29,063 nucleotides of DNA from Verrucomicrobiota bacterium (GCA_038214755.1 JBBQRQ010000063.1:1-29063), one strand, 5' to 3'; shown: positions 8,944-17,417, numbered from the stretch's first letter. The notes: generated from the sequence alone by a model not told the origin. Numbers and translations are program-made.

Positions 8944-9336
8944 TTATTTTTTCTTTTGCGGCTCCATCGGGACGGCGGACGGAATGGGGACGGGTGGAGG
9001 TCCCGGCGTTATTTTGTATTTCACGAGAATGGGATTGAAATCCGGATGCGTGCGGCCAAAGCCGATAAGGGAGTTGACGAAATTTTTAATCTGCGGGTCC
9101 TCGATCTTTTGATAATTCTCCACCAATTGATTCACCTGCGGGCGCACCGCGTCCAAATCTTTGCGCATCGTAACCACTTGGCGAAGCAACAGAATATTCA
9201 AACTGCCCGCCAGGATCAACACGGCGAAAAGCGACGCCGCAAAAATTTTGCGCAACTGTTCGTATCGTTCCCACAAATTCCCGTTTCTGGAAGCGGGAAC
9301 AAAATCCGACGGCGCTTTCGACTCGGGTTCATTCAT
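8944..9336 (-). CDS. Hypothetical single-TM protein, 130 aa
   Basis: ATG at 9336 lies just after the upstream stop; TM helix, coiled segment, Pro-rich tail. Confidence 0.7.
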   Translation of the reverse strand: MNEPESKAPSDFVPASRNGNLWERYEQLRKIFAASLFAVLILAGSLNILLLRQVVTMRKDLDAVRPQVNQLVENYQKIEDPQIKNFVNSLIGFGRTHPDFNPILVKYKITPGPPPVPIPSAVPMEPQKKK

Positions 9337-9337
9337 A

Positions 9338-9622
9338 TTATTTGGTAGCTTTAGGGCTGGCCGGCGCGGCGGGCGCGGCCTTGAGTCCGAACGATTGCAA
9401 CAGAGGATCAATGGCCGGATTTTTCTTTCCATACTCCATTGCTTCGGCGGCCAGCGAGCGCACGAGCGTGCGATTATTTTCGATGGAAGCCGCTTTTCCT
9501 TGAAGGGCGCGCAACTCACCAGTTCCTCTGACGTACGTCACGACGCAAATGGCGGAGAGGATTGCGCTGACAAAAAGAAGCCCTGTTAAAATCAAAAGCA
9601 AAAGATTTTTTCCCGAAGACAT
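9338..9622 (-). CDS. Hypothetical single-TM protein, 94 aa (likely paralog of 8944-9336)
   Basis: N-terminal TM; YGKKNPAIDPLL resembles FGRTHPDFNPIL of the neighbour. Confidence 0.7.
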   Translation of the reverse strand: MSSGKNLLLLILTGLLFVSAILSAICVVTYVRGTGELRALQGKAASIENNRTLVRSLAAEAMEYGKKNPAIDPLLQSFGLKAAPAAPASPKATK

Positions 9623-9697
9623 GTTGGAAAATTTAGCGGCCTAATCGTGGTTGTCCACTGGAATCTACGATAGCGCATCTGGCTTTTCGCTTTCAAT

Positions 9698-9855
9698 GGG
9701 CGCTTCTGGACGCGACCGCCAACACCCAAAGCGCGGTCTGGATAGCGCAGTTTGCCAACCTGCTGTATCACGGATTTCTAATCCGCAGACGCAGGAAGGT
9801 TTCAAGCGCTGCCGGTTGGAAACTTGCGCTACGTCCGCCGGGTCGAGATGCGCGC
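9698..9855. repeat. Composite repeat: outer GGGCGCATCTCGA-type IR enclosing a TAGCGCAG REPIN (9742-9832)
   Basis: gggcgcttctgga ... tcgagatgcgcgc outer ends; inner atagcgcag...ttgcgctac; same layout in reverse at 27197-27370. Confidence 0.7.
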
Positions 9856-9924
9856 CTTTTCAATCGATCCGAAAGTCTGCGCTTGCCTGCCCCTTTTTTT
9901 ATTTCATATTCACCGGCGATGGAG

Positions 9925-10000
9925 GGGGTCTTAGCTCAGTTGGTAGAGCGTCTCGTTCGCAATGAGAAGGTCAGGGGTTCGAATCCCCTAGGCTCCACCA
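9925..10000 (+). tRNA. tRNA-Ala (anticodon CGC)
   Basis: 76-nt cloverleaf: acceptor GGGGTCT/AGGCTCC with G3:U70, D arm GCTC..GAGC, anticodon loop TT-CGC-AA, T loop TTCGAAT, encoded CCA. Confidence 0.95.
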
Positions 10001-10082
10001 CTTTTAATTTCCAAGGGCGGTTTCTATTTCGCAGCCAGCAGCTCGTGCCGTTTGATCGACAATGACTCCGTGCTGTAGCCGT

Positions 10083-10131
10083 TTTCGGTATTCGGATTTC
10101 TGATTTCTTTCGGATTTCTGTTTTCGGATTC
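10083..10131. repeat. Degenerate TTCGGAT 7-mer tandem array
   Basis: tttcggtattcggatttctgatttctttcggatttctgttttcggattc, immediately beyond the stop of 10137-13505. Confidence 0.6.
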
Positions 10132-10136
10132 CCACC

Positions 10137-13100
10137 TTATTTCTGTTGCGCCAAAAATTCCACGAGATCGCGCAAATCCCGTTTCGACAAAATCTGCCCC
10201 AGACCTTCCACCATTCCCGAATTACCGCGAGTGCGCGTCTTGATATTTTCCTTGTCGATTTTTGTGATGCCATCCTCCGGCGAATTGATCACCAATTCTT
10301 TTTCATTTTCGCTTTTGAAAATGCCGGCGTAACTCGCCCCATTTTTCATCGAGACCAACACCGTTTCAAATCCCGGCGCGATTTGCGCATTCGGTTGCAC
10401 CATCGACTCCAGCAAATATTCCCGCGATTTGCGCGAACCGATGCCCGTCAACACCGGCCCGATATCACCGCCTTCGTTGTTCACTTTGTGGCAGCGCACG
10501 CAGGAAGCGTCCGGTCGCTCAAAGAAGATTTTTTTTCCGGCGTCCGCATTGCCACCAAAAAGCGTCTGGCCGAAACCTGCGAGCACGTTGGAATTTTTCG
10601 ATTCATACTGTTTAACTTTTTCTTTCAATTCGCCTGACGTTCTCTTGGCCACCGCCTCGACCAATTCCAATTCCGTTTCTCGCGGCAATTGACCCACCAG
10701 AAGCTGGTCGAGCAACTCAGACAAAACTTTATCAGCATCCGCGCCCGGAATGGAGGCCAGCGAAGTGATCGCGCCCTGCTTTTCCTGCGCGGAACCATTT
10801 TGCAGCACCGACCGAATCTGGGAAATCGCGGAGTCGGGGTTGAGTTGCATGGCGAGACGGTTGCCTTCTTTGCGAATCAGTTCGCTCGCGTCGGCCTGCG
10901 CGAGTTTCACTGCTTCCACGAGTGAAGATCCGTGCAATTCTCCGAGCGCTTTCAATGCTTCCAGACGAACGGCCTCGGAATCTTTTTGCGCGCGGAAAAG
11001 TTGGCCCAGCGCTTCGGTCGCGTTGGTGAAACACAATTTTCTGATCGCGTCAATCGCCGCGAGTTTCACCGGCTCTGCTCTCGGCGCGGAAATAATTTTG
11101 TCGATCACCGGCGCAAGAGCGCGCATTGCCGCTTGACCGTCGCGGCCCGCGCCGAACGGGCGATGGACTCCAACGATGCGGTCCCGCGTGCCCGGTTCTG
11201 CCCAGTTGGCTAAATCGTGCAACGCTTCGGCGGCGGCAAAACCGGGAGCACTTTCTCGCGCGGCAAACACTGCTAGCGCCGTTGCGTTCTCCGCCGCGCC
11301 CAGTCGGGATTGAGCGTTCACCACCCGCAACTGCAACGCTTGAAATTGTTTCTCGAATTTTTGCGGAAAAATTTTCTCGCTGGAAATTAGCGCGGCCAAT
11401 TTCGGCATCGCTTCGCTGATGGGAACATCGTTGATCGCCCGCGCCGCTTCGACCACGAGCAGCTCGTCGCGATCATTCAGAAACTCCGAAATTTCCGGAC
11501 GCTGCAAATGGCGCATCGCCAGCAGCGCCGCCATTCGCACGGCGGCGGATTCGTCTTTTGCCGCCGAACTGAGTTGCGAAATAGTGGCGCATCCGCTCAA
11601 CCCAAAAACCCCGGCGTGGCGCAGATACATATCACCGTCGTTATTCTCGCGCAGCATCGCCAGGAGATATGGGACCGCGTTCTCTCGTTTTAATTTTCCC
11701 AAACTTTGCGCTGCGAAAAATTTCACGCGCGCGCTCGGATCGCGAAGCAAAGAAATCAACCCATCGAAAGATTGGCCCACTTGAATGTCACCCAAAACTT
11801 TTGCGACTTGCGCGCGAACTTCCGCGACCGCGTCGGACAACAATGGGACCAGGGCATTCACGGCGTTCACCTCGACGCGCCCGATTTGTCCGAGCGCCCA
11901 GATGGCGTGGCGTCTTGCTCTGGGATTGGCAGAACTTGTGGCGGCAAGTTTTGTTAAATCGGCGACGCTGCTTTTTCCGCGTTCGGCCAAAGCGTATTGC
12001 GCTTCGAGCCGGACCCGCATGTTCGGGTGCGACAAAAGTTTGAGCAAATCCGGCAGCGACGTTTTTTCAAAACCGTTGGCCAAAAGTTTTTTGGTTTGCT
12101 CGACAATGGGCGCGTTAATCGAATTGGTTTCACAAACGCGATAGATTCGCCCTTTGCGATTTCGCGCCCAGCCTTCGCCCCAATCGGAAAAATAAATGCA
12201 ACTGTCCGGGCCAAAATCAACATCGGTGGCTTCCACGTTCCAAACGAATGGTTCGGAATTGACCAACTCAAAACTTGCGCCACTCGGTTTCACCGAAAAA
12301 GTTTCAATCCCACTTTTCGCCGTGCTGCCTTTAAATTGGCAGAGGAAAAAATGTCCGTCCCACTTCGCGGACAAGCCGGTGCCGGGATAATAAGTCAGAC
12401 CCGACGGGCCATCATCGATGTTGGCAATCGGCGGGACGATGTAGGCGGCTTGCCCATCGAAATGCGGTTGCCAAAGTTGTTCCGCCATCCACGGAACAAG
12501 GTCGTAGCCGAGCGGCGGATGTTGGTAGCCGACGCGCCAGCCGCTGTCGGCGCCTTCGACGACATAGACCCAACGCTCATGATCGCCGTGATCGAAATCA
12601 TTGTCGCCCGTGAACAGATTTCCGAATTCGTCGAAGGCCAGTTCCTGCGGATTGCGCAAACCGTGATGGACCATTTCCAATTTGCTGCCATCCGGCTCGC
12701 ATCGGAAAACAGCGCCTTCGTCGGGGAAAAAAAGCGTGCTGCCTTCTTTCGTTTTTACGTTCGCGCCACGGTCCCCAATACTGAAATAGAGTTTTCCATC
12801 GGGACCAAAAATCAATCCATGCAAATCGTGGCCGGTGTAACTGAATCGCACTCCATAACCGTGACTGAGAATTTTACGCGAGGTGGCGTGACCTTCTTTA
12901 TCCAGGCCGTCAAGTTGCCAAAGGTTGGGAATATTTGCGAACCAAATTTTTCCGCGCCGCGCCAAAACGCCGGAGGCAATTCCATCCAGCGCGCTGTTGA
13001 AACCCTCCGCGTAAACGGATGAAAAATCGGCGACGCCATCGTGATCGCGATCTTCGATGAGGCGGATGACTTCCGATTCCACCGCCAATTGTTTTGCTTC

Positions 13101-13505
13101 CGCGCCAAAAAACTTTTCCGTCATGCGCAACCGATCTTCCACGGTACGACAGGCGAGGTCCGCGTCCAGCATCGGCATGTAGCGACGAATATCCAGCACG
13201 CTCGTGTTGAAACGATGCGTTTCGGAAACAAAAACGCGGCCTTGTTCGTCGAGACAAAACGCGACGGGATTGGCGAGCATCGGTTCAGCAGCGAAAACGC
13301 TGGCGCGAAAACCGGAAGGCAATTGAAATTTTTTCAACGCGATTTGCGCCTCGTCGGAAGCCGGGAGCGGCTGGGTTGGCTCGGGCTTGTCCATGTTCAG
13401 GTGAAGCGGAAGTTTCAACTCGTCTTCCGCTGCGAAAACGGTTGGCGCGAAAAAACCGCAGCTAAAAATAAAAACGGCAAACGGGACAAATCTGGAATTG
13501 AACAT
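10137..13505 (-). CDS. PVC-type membrane-bound dehydrogenase-like protein: beta-propeller + HEAT repeats + c-type cytochrome
   Basis: Signal peptide; FQLPSGFRASVFAAEPMLANPVAF, HGLIFGPDGKLYF, GLRNPQELAFD; HEAT repeats; CVRCH heme motif with GP.LTGIG; distal Met. Confidence 0.9.
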   Translation of the reverse strand: MFNSRFVPFAVFIFSCGFFAPTVFAAEDELKLPLHLNMDKPEPTQPLPASDEAQIALKKFQLPSGFRASVFAAEPMLANPVAFCLDEQGRVFVSETHRFNTSVLDIRRYMPMLDADLACRTVEDRLRMTEKFFGAEAKQLAVESEVIRLIEDRDHDGVADFSSVYAEGFNSALDGIASGVLARRGKIWFANIPNLWQLDGLDKEGHATSRKILSHGYGVRFSYTGHDLHGLIFGPDGKLYFSIGDRGANVKTKEGSTLFFPDEGAVFRCEPDGSKLEMVHHGLRNPQELAFDEFGNLFTGDNDFDHGDHERWVYVVEGADSGWRVGYQHPPLGYDLVPWMAEQLWQPHFDGQAAYIVPPIANIDDGPSGLTYYPGTGLSAKWDGHFFLCQFKGSTAKSGIETFSVKPSGASFELVNSEPFVWNVEATDVDFGPDSCIYFSDWGEGWARNRKGRIYRVCETNSINAPIVEQTKKLLANGFEKTSLPDLLKLLSHPNMRVRLEAQYALAERGKSSVADLTKLAATSSANPRARRHAIWALGQIGRVEVNAVNALVPLLSDAVAEVRAQVAKVLGDIQVGQSFDGLISLLRDPSARVKFFAAQSLGKLKRENAVPYLLAMLRENNDGDMYLRHAGVFGLSGCATISQLSSAAKDESAAVRMAALLAMRHLQRPEISEFLNDRDELLVVEAARAINDVPISEAMPKLAALISSEKIFPQKFEKQFQALQLRVVNAQSRLGAAENATALAVFAARESAPGFAAAEALHDLANWAEPGTRDRIVGVHRPFGAGRDGQAAMRALAPVIDKIISAPRAEPVKLAAIDAIRKLCFTNATEALGQLFRAQKDSEAVRLEALKALGELHGSSLVEAVKLAQADASELIRKEGNRLAMQLNPDSAISQIRSVLQNGSAQEKQGAITSLASIPGADADKVLSELLDQLLVGQLPRETELELVEAVAKRTSGELKEKVKQYESKNSNVLAGFGQTLFGGNADAGKKIFFERPDASCVRCHKVNNEGGDIGPVLTGIGSRKSREYLLESMVQPNAQIAPGFETVLVSMKNGASYAGIFKSENEKELVINSPEDGITKIDKENIKTRTRGNSGMVEGLGQILSKRDLRDLVEFLAQQK

Positions 13506-13562
13506 CCGTCGATGCTATTGAGGCGGCGATTGGAATCAAACTTTTCCAACTGATGCCAACGA

Positions 13563-13681
13563 GGAGCGCGGACGTTCTCGTCCGCGAGTGCGAATCATTT
13601 ATTCGCGTCGAACGATTTAAATTTTTAAAAGCAGCTTAGTCCCCCGTTCTTCGCCGCGCGGACGAAGAACGTCCGCGCTCC
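13563..13681. repeat. REPIN-like element, GGAGCGCGGAC family
   Basis: ggagcgcggacgttctcgtccgcg ... cgcggacgaagaacgtccgcgctcc. Confidence 0.9.
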
Positions 13682-13694
13682 GATGGTTAAGCTT

Positions 13695-14306
13695 TCAAAT
13701 TCTTTTCGATCCGCCCGGATTAAATCCCCGATTGCCTTGCGCATGAGCCAAGGCGAGCGCCAACGCATCAGCGGCATCGGGCGACGGCAGTTCAGTCAAA
13801 TGCAACATGCGCTGCACCATTTTCGCCACGGCAAATTTCTGGGCCGCGCCGTAACCGACGATGGCTTGCTTGACTTTGCGCGGCGAGATTTCAAAAATTT
13901 CCACCCCCGCTTCGCCCACCGCCACCAACGCCGCGCCGCGCGCCGCCCCCATCGTCAACGCCGTCTGCAAATTTTGCGCAAAGAAAAGACCTTCGATGGC
14001 GCAAACGGTCGCGGAATGTTTTTGCAAAACGTCGCGCAACGTCTGAAAAATTTTGACGAGACAACGCGAGTGTTCCCAGGTCACAGGGCACGAAATAGTC
14101 CCGTGCGCCAGAGTTTGTGGAAAAGGTTTGCCGAGTCGAATCACACCGTAACCGGTGCCGCGCAAAGAAGGATCGATGCCAATAATAATTTCATGCGAAC
14201 GCACTGAAAAATTATTTCCAAAAATGGGCGTGGGCAATTTGGCCGGATGCGATTTTCCGGCGACGCGATTTTTCATCTGCTCGAATTGCTGCGGAGTCAC
14301 GCCCAT
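13695..14306 (-). CDS. ruvC: Crossover junction endodeoxyribonuclease RuvC
   Basis: IGIDPSLRGTGYGVI, AIEGLFFAQN, ARGAAL, VKQAIVGYGAAQK, DAADALALA; start at ATG 14306. Confidence 0.93.
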   Translation of the reverse strand: MGVTPQQFEQMKNRVAGKSHPAKLPTPIFGNNFSVRSHEIIIGIDPSLRGTGYGVIRLGKPFPQTLAHGTISCPVTWEHSRCLVKIFQTLRDVLQKHSATVCAIEGLFFAQNLQTALTMGAARGAALVAVGEAGVEIFEISPRKVKQAIVGYGAAQKFAVAKMVQRMLHLTELPSPDAADALALALAHAQGNRGFNPGGSKRI

Positions 14307-14376
14307 GCGCCGAGTTTGGCAAAGCGAACAGTGGCGCAAAAGAAGAATTCGCGGCACCTCGGAACGCACGACGTAT

Positions 14377-14503
14377 TTGGAGTGCGGGGACATGTCCCCG
14401 CTTTGACTGCACGGTAAAAAAAGAGAGCGGCTCAGCAGGTCCGAGAGTTTCCTCTCTCAGGCGAGGCGCGCGGGAAAAGCGGCGTCCTGCCGCCGCAGTC
14501 CAA
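14377..14503. repeat. MITE/REPIN-like element, TTGGA(G/C)TGCG family
   Basis: ttggagtgcggggacatgtccccgcttt ... aaagcggcgtcctgccgccgcagtccaa; full-length relative in reverse at 26152-26277. Confidence 0.88.
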
Positions 14504-14521
14504 GGAACTTCGCGGGCAGGG

Positions 14522-14893
14522 TTACGGCGAAGTTTTGTCGGGCTTGCTGACGGGAGCAGGGGCGGGTTTGGTGCTTGAATCGGGTTTCGCGGTTGAATCT
14601 GTTTTGGCCGGTTTGCTTTCACTCGGCGTGGCTGCTGGTTTTATTTCGCCGGCACCCGATTCTTTTTTTGCGGCCGCTTTATATTTGTCACTGCGATAGT
14701 CGGTGATGTAAAAGCCGCTTCCTTTAAAAATCAAACCCGCGCCCGCGCCGATCAATTTTTTGACTTTGCCTTTGCCCCATTTTTTTTGACCGCAAAGCTC
14801 TTTCGGGCAAACGCTCAACGGCTCTTCGGACATGGAGTGATGTTTTTCAAACTGATGACCGCATTTGGAACAGAGATATTCGTAGGTTGGCAT
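14522..14893 (-). CDS. FmdB-family zinc-ribbon protein
   Basis: MPTYEYLCSKCGHQFE...CP..C...FKGSGFYITDY with a low-complexity tail. Confidence 0.88.
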   Translation of the reverse strand: MPTYEYLCSKCGHQFEKHHSMSEEPLSVCPKELCGQKKWGKGKVKKLIGAGAGLIFKGSGFYITDYRSDKYKAAAKKESGAGEIKPAATPSESKPAKTDSTAKPDSSTKPAPAPVSKPDKTSP

Positions 14894-14954
14894 AGATCGA
14901 TTTTTAAAAATTTCTCAGAGTGTATCGAACTGGTTTCATAAGTCCCGTGACTCC

Positions 14955-15025
14955 GTAGCCGCCGACGTGAGGAGGCGGATTCCTGGTCTTTCCATCGGAA
15001 TCCGCCTCCTCACGCCGGCGGCTAC
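14955..15025. repeat. REPIN-like element, GTAGCCGCCG family
   Basis: gtagccgccgacgtgaggaggcggattcc ... gaatccgcctcctcacgccggcggctac; 3 nt past the moaA stop. Confidence 0.92.
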
Positions 15026-15028
15026 GAC

Positions 15029-16282
15029 TCACCCGCCGATGCAACTCATGCTGCGTTGCGGCTGGACGAACTCAGGCTCGCCGATGTGATGACGATCTTC
15101 CTTTTTCCACACCACATTTCGCAATTCATTTTGGATCGCTTCGTCGTCGGAACCGTCGCGCAGCAGCGAGCGGAAATCATGTTCGCCCGCGCTGAAGAGA
15201 CAGGTGCGAATTTTTCCATCGGCCATCAGTCGGATACGATTGCAATTCCCGCAAAATGGCTCGCTCACCGGCGCGATGATGCCGATTTCTCCTCGGCCAT
15301 CGGCGAACGTCCAGCGTTTGGCCGTTTCGGATTTGTTTTGAGATTTTATCCGAAGGAGCGCGGACAGCTTGTCTGCGTTTTGAAATGGATCACGCGAACT
15401 CGCGGACAGGCTGTCCGCGCTCCTAGAAAAATGCGTTTCCAATCGCTGTAAAATTTCCTTCGCCGAAACCACCAGTTCTTTTTGCCAGGCGCGCCCGGAA
15501 TCCAAGGGCATGAACTCGATAAATCTCAGCCCAAGATTTTTTTCGCGCGCAAATTCCGCCAGCGTTTCAATTTCGTGATCGTTGATTCCCCGGATAATGA
15601 CCGCGTTCACTTTGACCGGATTCAGTCCGAGTTGTTGCGCCAGTTCGATGCTTTGTAAAACTTCATTCAGTCCATCGCGCCCCGTAATTTTTTTGAAATT
15701 TTCACGGTCGAGCGAATCCATGCTGAAACTGATTCGCTTCAGTCCCGCGTCGCGCAACGCCTTGGCTTTTTTTGGAAAAAGAAATCCATTGGTCGTCATG
15801 GCCAGATCGGTGATGCCGGGAATACGCGCAATTTTTCCGACGAGGATTTCGATCTGCTGACGGAGAAGCGGTTCACCTCCGGTCAAACGAATTTTTTGAA
15901 TTCCCAAATCCGCGGCGATGCGCACCAGTCGTTCGATTTCTTCAAACGACAAAATTTTTTCGTGCGAAGTCCATTGTCGCGCGATGGGCGTGGGGTTGGG
16001 AAGATTGGCCCAACGGCCGCGATAAAAATTCAGAGCGGCCTCGGTTTCGGGCAGGCAATACAGGCAGCGAAAATTGCAGCGGTCGGTCACGCTCACCCGC
16101 AGGTCTCGCATGACGCGGCCATACGAATCCGTGAGGAGAGAATTCGTGGAAAGAAAATTTGGCGCGTTGAACCCTTGAACCGTAGCCGCCGCCGTGAGAA
16201 GGCGGACCTGATCTGCCAAGGGAGTTTCCGCCTCCTCACGTCGGCGGCTACGCGCTGGTTCATGGGGAGGAGATTGAATCAT
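15029..16282 (-). CDS. moaA: GTP 3',8-cyclase MoaA (radical SAM), with two repeat-derived in-frame insertions
   Basis: DSYGR..DLRVSVTDRCNFRCLYC, RLTGGEPL, RFIEFMP, FCGNCNRIRL..DG.IRTCL, C-terminal MSCIGG; start ATG overlaps the upstream TGA (ATGA). Confidence 0.95.
   Translation of the reverse strand: MIQSPPHEPARSRRREEAETPLADQVRLLTAAATVQGFNAPNFLSTNSLLTDSYGRVMRDLRVSVTDRCNFRCLYCLPETEAALNFYRGRWANLPNPTPIARQWTSHEKILSFEEIERLVRIAADLGIQKIRLTGGEPLLRQQIEILVGKIARIPGITDLAMTTNGFLFPKKAKALRDAGLKRISFSMDSLDRENFKKITGRDGLNEVLQSIELAQQLGLNPVKVNAVIIRGINDHEIETLAEFAREKNLGLRFIEFMPLDSGRAWQKELVVSAKEILQRLETHFSRSADSLSASSRDPFQNADKLSALLRIKSQNKSETAKRWTFADGRGEIGIIAPVSEPFCGNCNRIRLMADGKIRTCLFSAGEHDFRSLLRDGSDDEAIQNELRNVVWKKEDRHHIGEPEFVQPQRSMSCIGG
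15354..15424. repeat. GGAGCGCGGAC-family REPIN inside the moaA coding sequence
   Basis: aggagcgcggacagcttgtctgcg ... cgcggacaggctgtccgcgctcct; same ends as 13563-13681 and 27389-27485. Confidence 0.88.
16182..16251. repeat. GTAGCCGCCG-family REPIN in the 5' part of the moaA ORF
   Basis: gtagccgccgccgtgagaaggcgga ... tccgcctcctcacgtcggcggctac, flanked by ccttgaacc / ggttcatgg. Confidence 0.9.
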
Positions 16283-17064
16283 TTCGGCGGGGCGTTGGTC
16301 GCGGGGGGCGCGTTGGTGGCGGACTGAATTTTCACACCGCCGCTTTGCTGCAACTCCACATTCAAATTCACATTGGTGCGCGGCAGGACAGCGGGCTGCG
16401 CTGGCCTAGTCAAGGCTTCGGCGCCTTTTTGCGTGGCGGTTCCGTAAATTCCGCGACGAATCCATTCGAGTCTTCGCGCGATGGAGAGTTCATCTTTCAA
16501 CCTGTTGACTTGCTCGCGCAAGACCACGAGATCGTTGAATTGTTTTTCCAAGACAGCTTTCTCGCTCTGCAACCGCTTCAATTCACGAAGCAGAAATTCG
16601 CGATCACCTTCCGAGGTCGCCAACTTTTTTTCGGTCGCAGCGATTTGTTTTTCCAAAGTGCCGAGCGACGAATTTAATTCGAGCATCCGTTTGGTCATCT
16701 CGTCATTTTGCCCCTGCAACTCGGCAATCTTCGCGTCGCGTTTGGCCATCTCGGCGGCGGCGGCTTCGGCGGCGGCTTTGGCATCGGCCTGAGTTTTGGC
16801 GAGCGTGGCGGAAACGCTGCGGAAATTATTGGAAACACTTTCCAGTTCGTGAGTGCGACCGACCAAATTGGTTTCCAGAGTCTGATTGACGGTGTTGAGT
16901 TCGTTTACTTTGGACTGAGTTTGCACAACGTCGTTGGAAAGCTTCGCGATGGCGGCCTGCGATTCCTTATTTTCGTGGACCGCCTGATTGTGGCGCACGA
17001 GCAGACCGATGCCCAGACCGACAGAAATTAAAATCAAAATGATGACGACAACTCTGACTTTCAT
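16279..17064 (-). CDS. Hypothetical membrane-anchored coiled-coil protein
   Basis: N-terminal hydrophobic anchor after MKVR, long heptad-rich region; start at ATG 17064. Confidence 0.8.
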   Translation of the reverse strand: MKVRVVVIILILISVGLGIGLLVRHNQAVHENKESQAAIAKLSNDVVQTQSKVNELNTVNQTLETNLVGRTHELESVSNNFRSVSATLAKTQADAKAAAEAAAAEMAKRDAKIAELQGQNDEMTKRMLELNSSLGTLEKQIAATEKKLATSEGDREFLLRELKRLQSEKAVLEKQFNDLVVLREQVNRLKDELSIARRLEWIRRGIYGTATQKGAEALTRPAQPAVLPRTNVNLNVELQQSGGVKIQSATNAPPATNAPPK

Positions 17065-17109
17065 AAGATTTAAAGATGCGGGAACAAACCTTTTTGGCAA
17101 GCCTCACTT

Positions 17110-17370
17110 GAACGCGGAACGCGGAATGCGGAACGCGGAAAGGGCCCCATCAAGCGACGAACAGCAACGTAGCGCCGTGCGTCTCGCCTGTGCCGCGGAA
17201 AAAGGAACAAGGCGAAGGCGAGACGCACTGCGCTACTTTGATCGACCGAACTCGCCCCGGGGAATCCGAAGTGGAACGCCGGTCTCCTGACCGGCTCGTG
17301 GAAATTTCCGACTCGATAAAATGCCGGTCAGGAGACCGGCGTTCCATTCCGCGTTCTGAGTTTCCGCGCT
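17110..17370. repeat. Composite: inverted GCGGAA(C/T) 7-mer arrays enclosing two REPINs (17169-17236 and 17271-17346)
   Basis: gaacgcggaacgcggaatgcggaacgcggaa ... attccgcgttctgagtttccgcg; inner gtagcgccgtgcgtctcgcc...ggcgagacgcactgcgctac and a perfect 24-bp IR tggaacgccggtctcctgaccggc. Confidence 0.8.
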
Positions 17371-17417
17371 GAAGAAGCGCATCTTGATAAATAGACGCCT
17401 CACTCTACACTGTGCTC

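Noticed and set aside
9925..10136. Genomic island integrated at tRNA-Ala
   Set aside because: No integrase and no duplicated tRNA 3' end seen in the window.
11997..13022. Long antisense ORFs (also 2594-3343, 27843-28802, 25494-26348)
   Set aside because: Shadow frames of well-supported genes on the opposite strand, with no motifs of their own.
14307..14393. Longer ruvC start given by the ORF track
   Set aside because: It begins inside a repeat; ATG 14306 is more plausible.
17150..17372. Short ORFs containing ERRSPDR on both strands
   Set aside because: The shared peptide is simply the translation of the palindromic repeat arms.
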